Positions 16,323 to 17,256 of a DNA stretch of 17,256 nucleotides are shown piece by piece. Source of the stretch: a virus (lineage: Duplodnaviria; Heunggongvirae; Uroviricota; Caudoviricetes); the IMG/VR virus record IMGVR_UViG_2778261160_000003, positions 1 to 17,256 of that record; one strand, given 5' to 3'. Under the pieces are notes generated by a model, which saw only the letters and a program-made list of their open reading frames with translations, searched no databases and was not told the origin of the DNA. Position numbers and translations under genes: made by a program. How positions within the stretch are numbered: the stretch's first letter is position 1; the number at the start of each line of letters is the position of its first letter.

Positions 16323-16591
16323 GGAGGCTAACTTCTTGTTTACTAGTAAGCTGTTGAAAGAAATGGTAATTTACGATAATGTTTTTTACCAGAATTCAGG
16401 GCGCAGATTCATTCAGCGCACCTAAACGATAGTAAAGTAACAATATATTTTACTAGTGTAATCACATTAGGTATCAACGGCTATATGAATTGCGTTGGCC
16501 TATATTAGCATGGAATGCGAAGCGGCTTTATCTTACTGAACGCCACACTGGCGAAAAATGTGTTCGATAGACGCAGTGTCAGGAGGAACGA

Positions 16592-16969
16592 GTGAAACAT
16601 AAACAACGTTGGGCGGGGGCAATCTGCTGTTTTGTCCTCTTCATTGTGGTGTGCCTTTTTCTGGCGACGCACATGAAAGGCGCTTTTCGGGCTGCCGGGC
16701 ATCCTGAAATCGGCTTGCTATTTTTCATTCTTCCTGGAGCAGTCGCCAGCTTCTTTTCACAGCGTAGAGAAGTCCTGAAACCTCTATTTGGCGCAATGCT
16801 GGCGGCACCCTGTTCAATGCTCATTATGCGGCTGTTTTTTTCACCGACGCGCTCATTCTGGCAAGAGCTGGCATGGTTACTAAGCGCGGTGTTCTGGTGT
16901 GCGCTGGGGGCACTGTGTTTCTTATTTATCAGTAGTTTGTTTAAACCACAGCACAGAAAAAATCAGTAA
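16592..16969 (+). CDS. ybjM: Inner membrane protein YbjM
   Basis: 125 codons from GTG 16592, with AGGAGGA upstream. MKHKQRWAGAICCFVLFIVVCLF... recognised as E. coli YbjM. Divergent from ybjL. Confidence 0.85.
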   Translation: MKHKQRWAGAICCFVLFIVVCLFLATHMKGAFRAAGHPEIGLLFFILPGAVASFFSQRREVLKPLFGAMLAAPCSMLIMRLFFSPTRSFWQELAWLLSAVFWCALGALCFLFISSLFKPQHRKNQ

Positions 16970-16990
16970 AGCCCTCAACGCGAGGGCTTG
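16968..16990 (-). terminator. Hairpin between convergent ybjM and grxA, probable grxA terminator
   Basis: AAAGCCCTC - AACGC - GAGGGCTTG hairpin. The T-rich tract lies on the minus strand (plus strand AAAAAATCAGTAAA at 16956-16969). Confidence 0.4.
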
Positions 16991-16998
16991 TCAGACGA

Positions 16999-17256
16999 TC
17001 AGGCGTCCAGATTTTCTTTCACCCATGCAGCAAAATCGGTATAGCCGCCGATATGTTGCTGATCGACAAAAATCTGCGGCACGGTTTCTACGGGTTTACC
17101 TGCCTTTTGTTGTAGATCTTCTTTAGTGATCCCTTCCGCACGAATATCTACATACTGATACTGAAAATCATCGCGTTCATTGCTCAATTTCTCAGCCAGA
17201 TCTTTTGCACGCACACAGTAAGGGCAACCCGAACGACCAAAAATAACGGTTTGCAT
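16999..17256 (-). CDS. grxA: Glutaredoxin 1
   Basis: 85 codons, MQTVIFGRSGCPYCVRAKDLAEKL with the CPYC active site, recognised as E. coli GrxA. Start codon is the last three bases of the window. Confidence 0.9.
   Translation of the reverse strand: MQTVIFGRSGCPYCVRAKDLAEKLSNERDDFQYQYVDIRAEGITKEDLQQKAGKPVETVPQIFVDQQHIGGYTDFAAWVKENLDA

Noticed and set aside
1-17256. Search by eye for CRISPR arrays, tRNA or rRNA genes, and IS-element terminal inverted repeats
   Set aside because: No regularly spaced repeats, no tRNA-like cloverleaf near either att copy, and no transposase-like ORF were found; the only mobile element supported is the prophage.

Overview
The window is a decayed P2/186-like prophage of about 14.4 kb inserted beside the E. 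coli core genes ybjL-ybjM-grxA (14637-17256). It is bounded by a 22-bp direct repeat (19-40 and 14402-14423, 21/22 identical). Minus strand at the left: integrase, a small Cys-rich ORF and a CI-type repressor. Plus strand: apl/cox-like regulator, CII-like regulator, three small ORFs, a TraR/DksA zinc-finger protein, a Dam-family methyltransferase and the rolling-circle initiator A, all tightly coupled. A perfect LexA box then precedes a small ORF and a dinI-like gene. The most interesting element follows: an AT-rich two-gene cassette flanked by hairpin terminators, encoding an AAA+ ATPase (8213-9295) and a cytoplasmic S8 subtilisin-like protease (9288-11480). It sits where P2 carries tin/old, a known hotspot for anti-phage systems, and is a candidate defence system. 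Its architecture resembles what I recall of IetAS, but homology cannot be established without a search. Downstream the morphogenesis genes survive only as remnants (portal Q fragment, tail tube FII fragment, intact E/E' with its frameshift site, truncated T, D fragment), ending with an intact ogr-like gene. All family assignments rest on motif recognition and memory; no database search or computed statistic was available.
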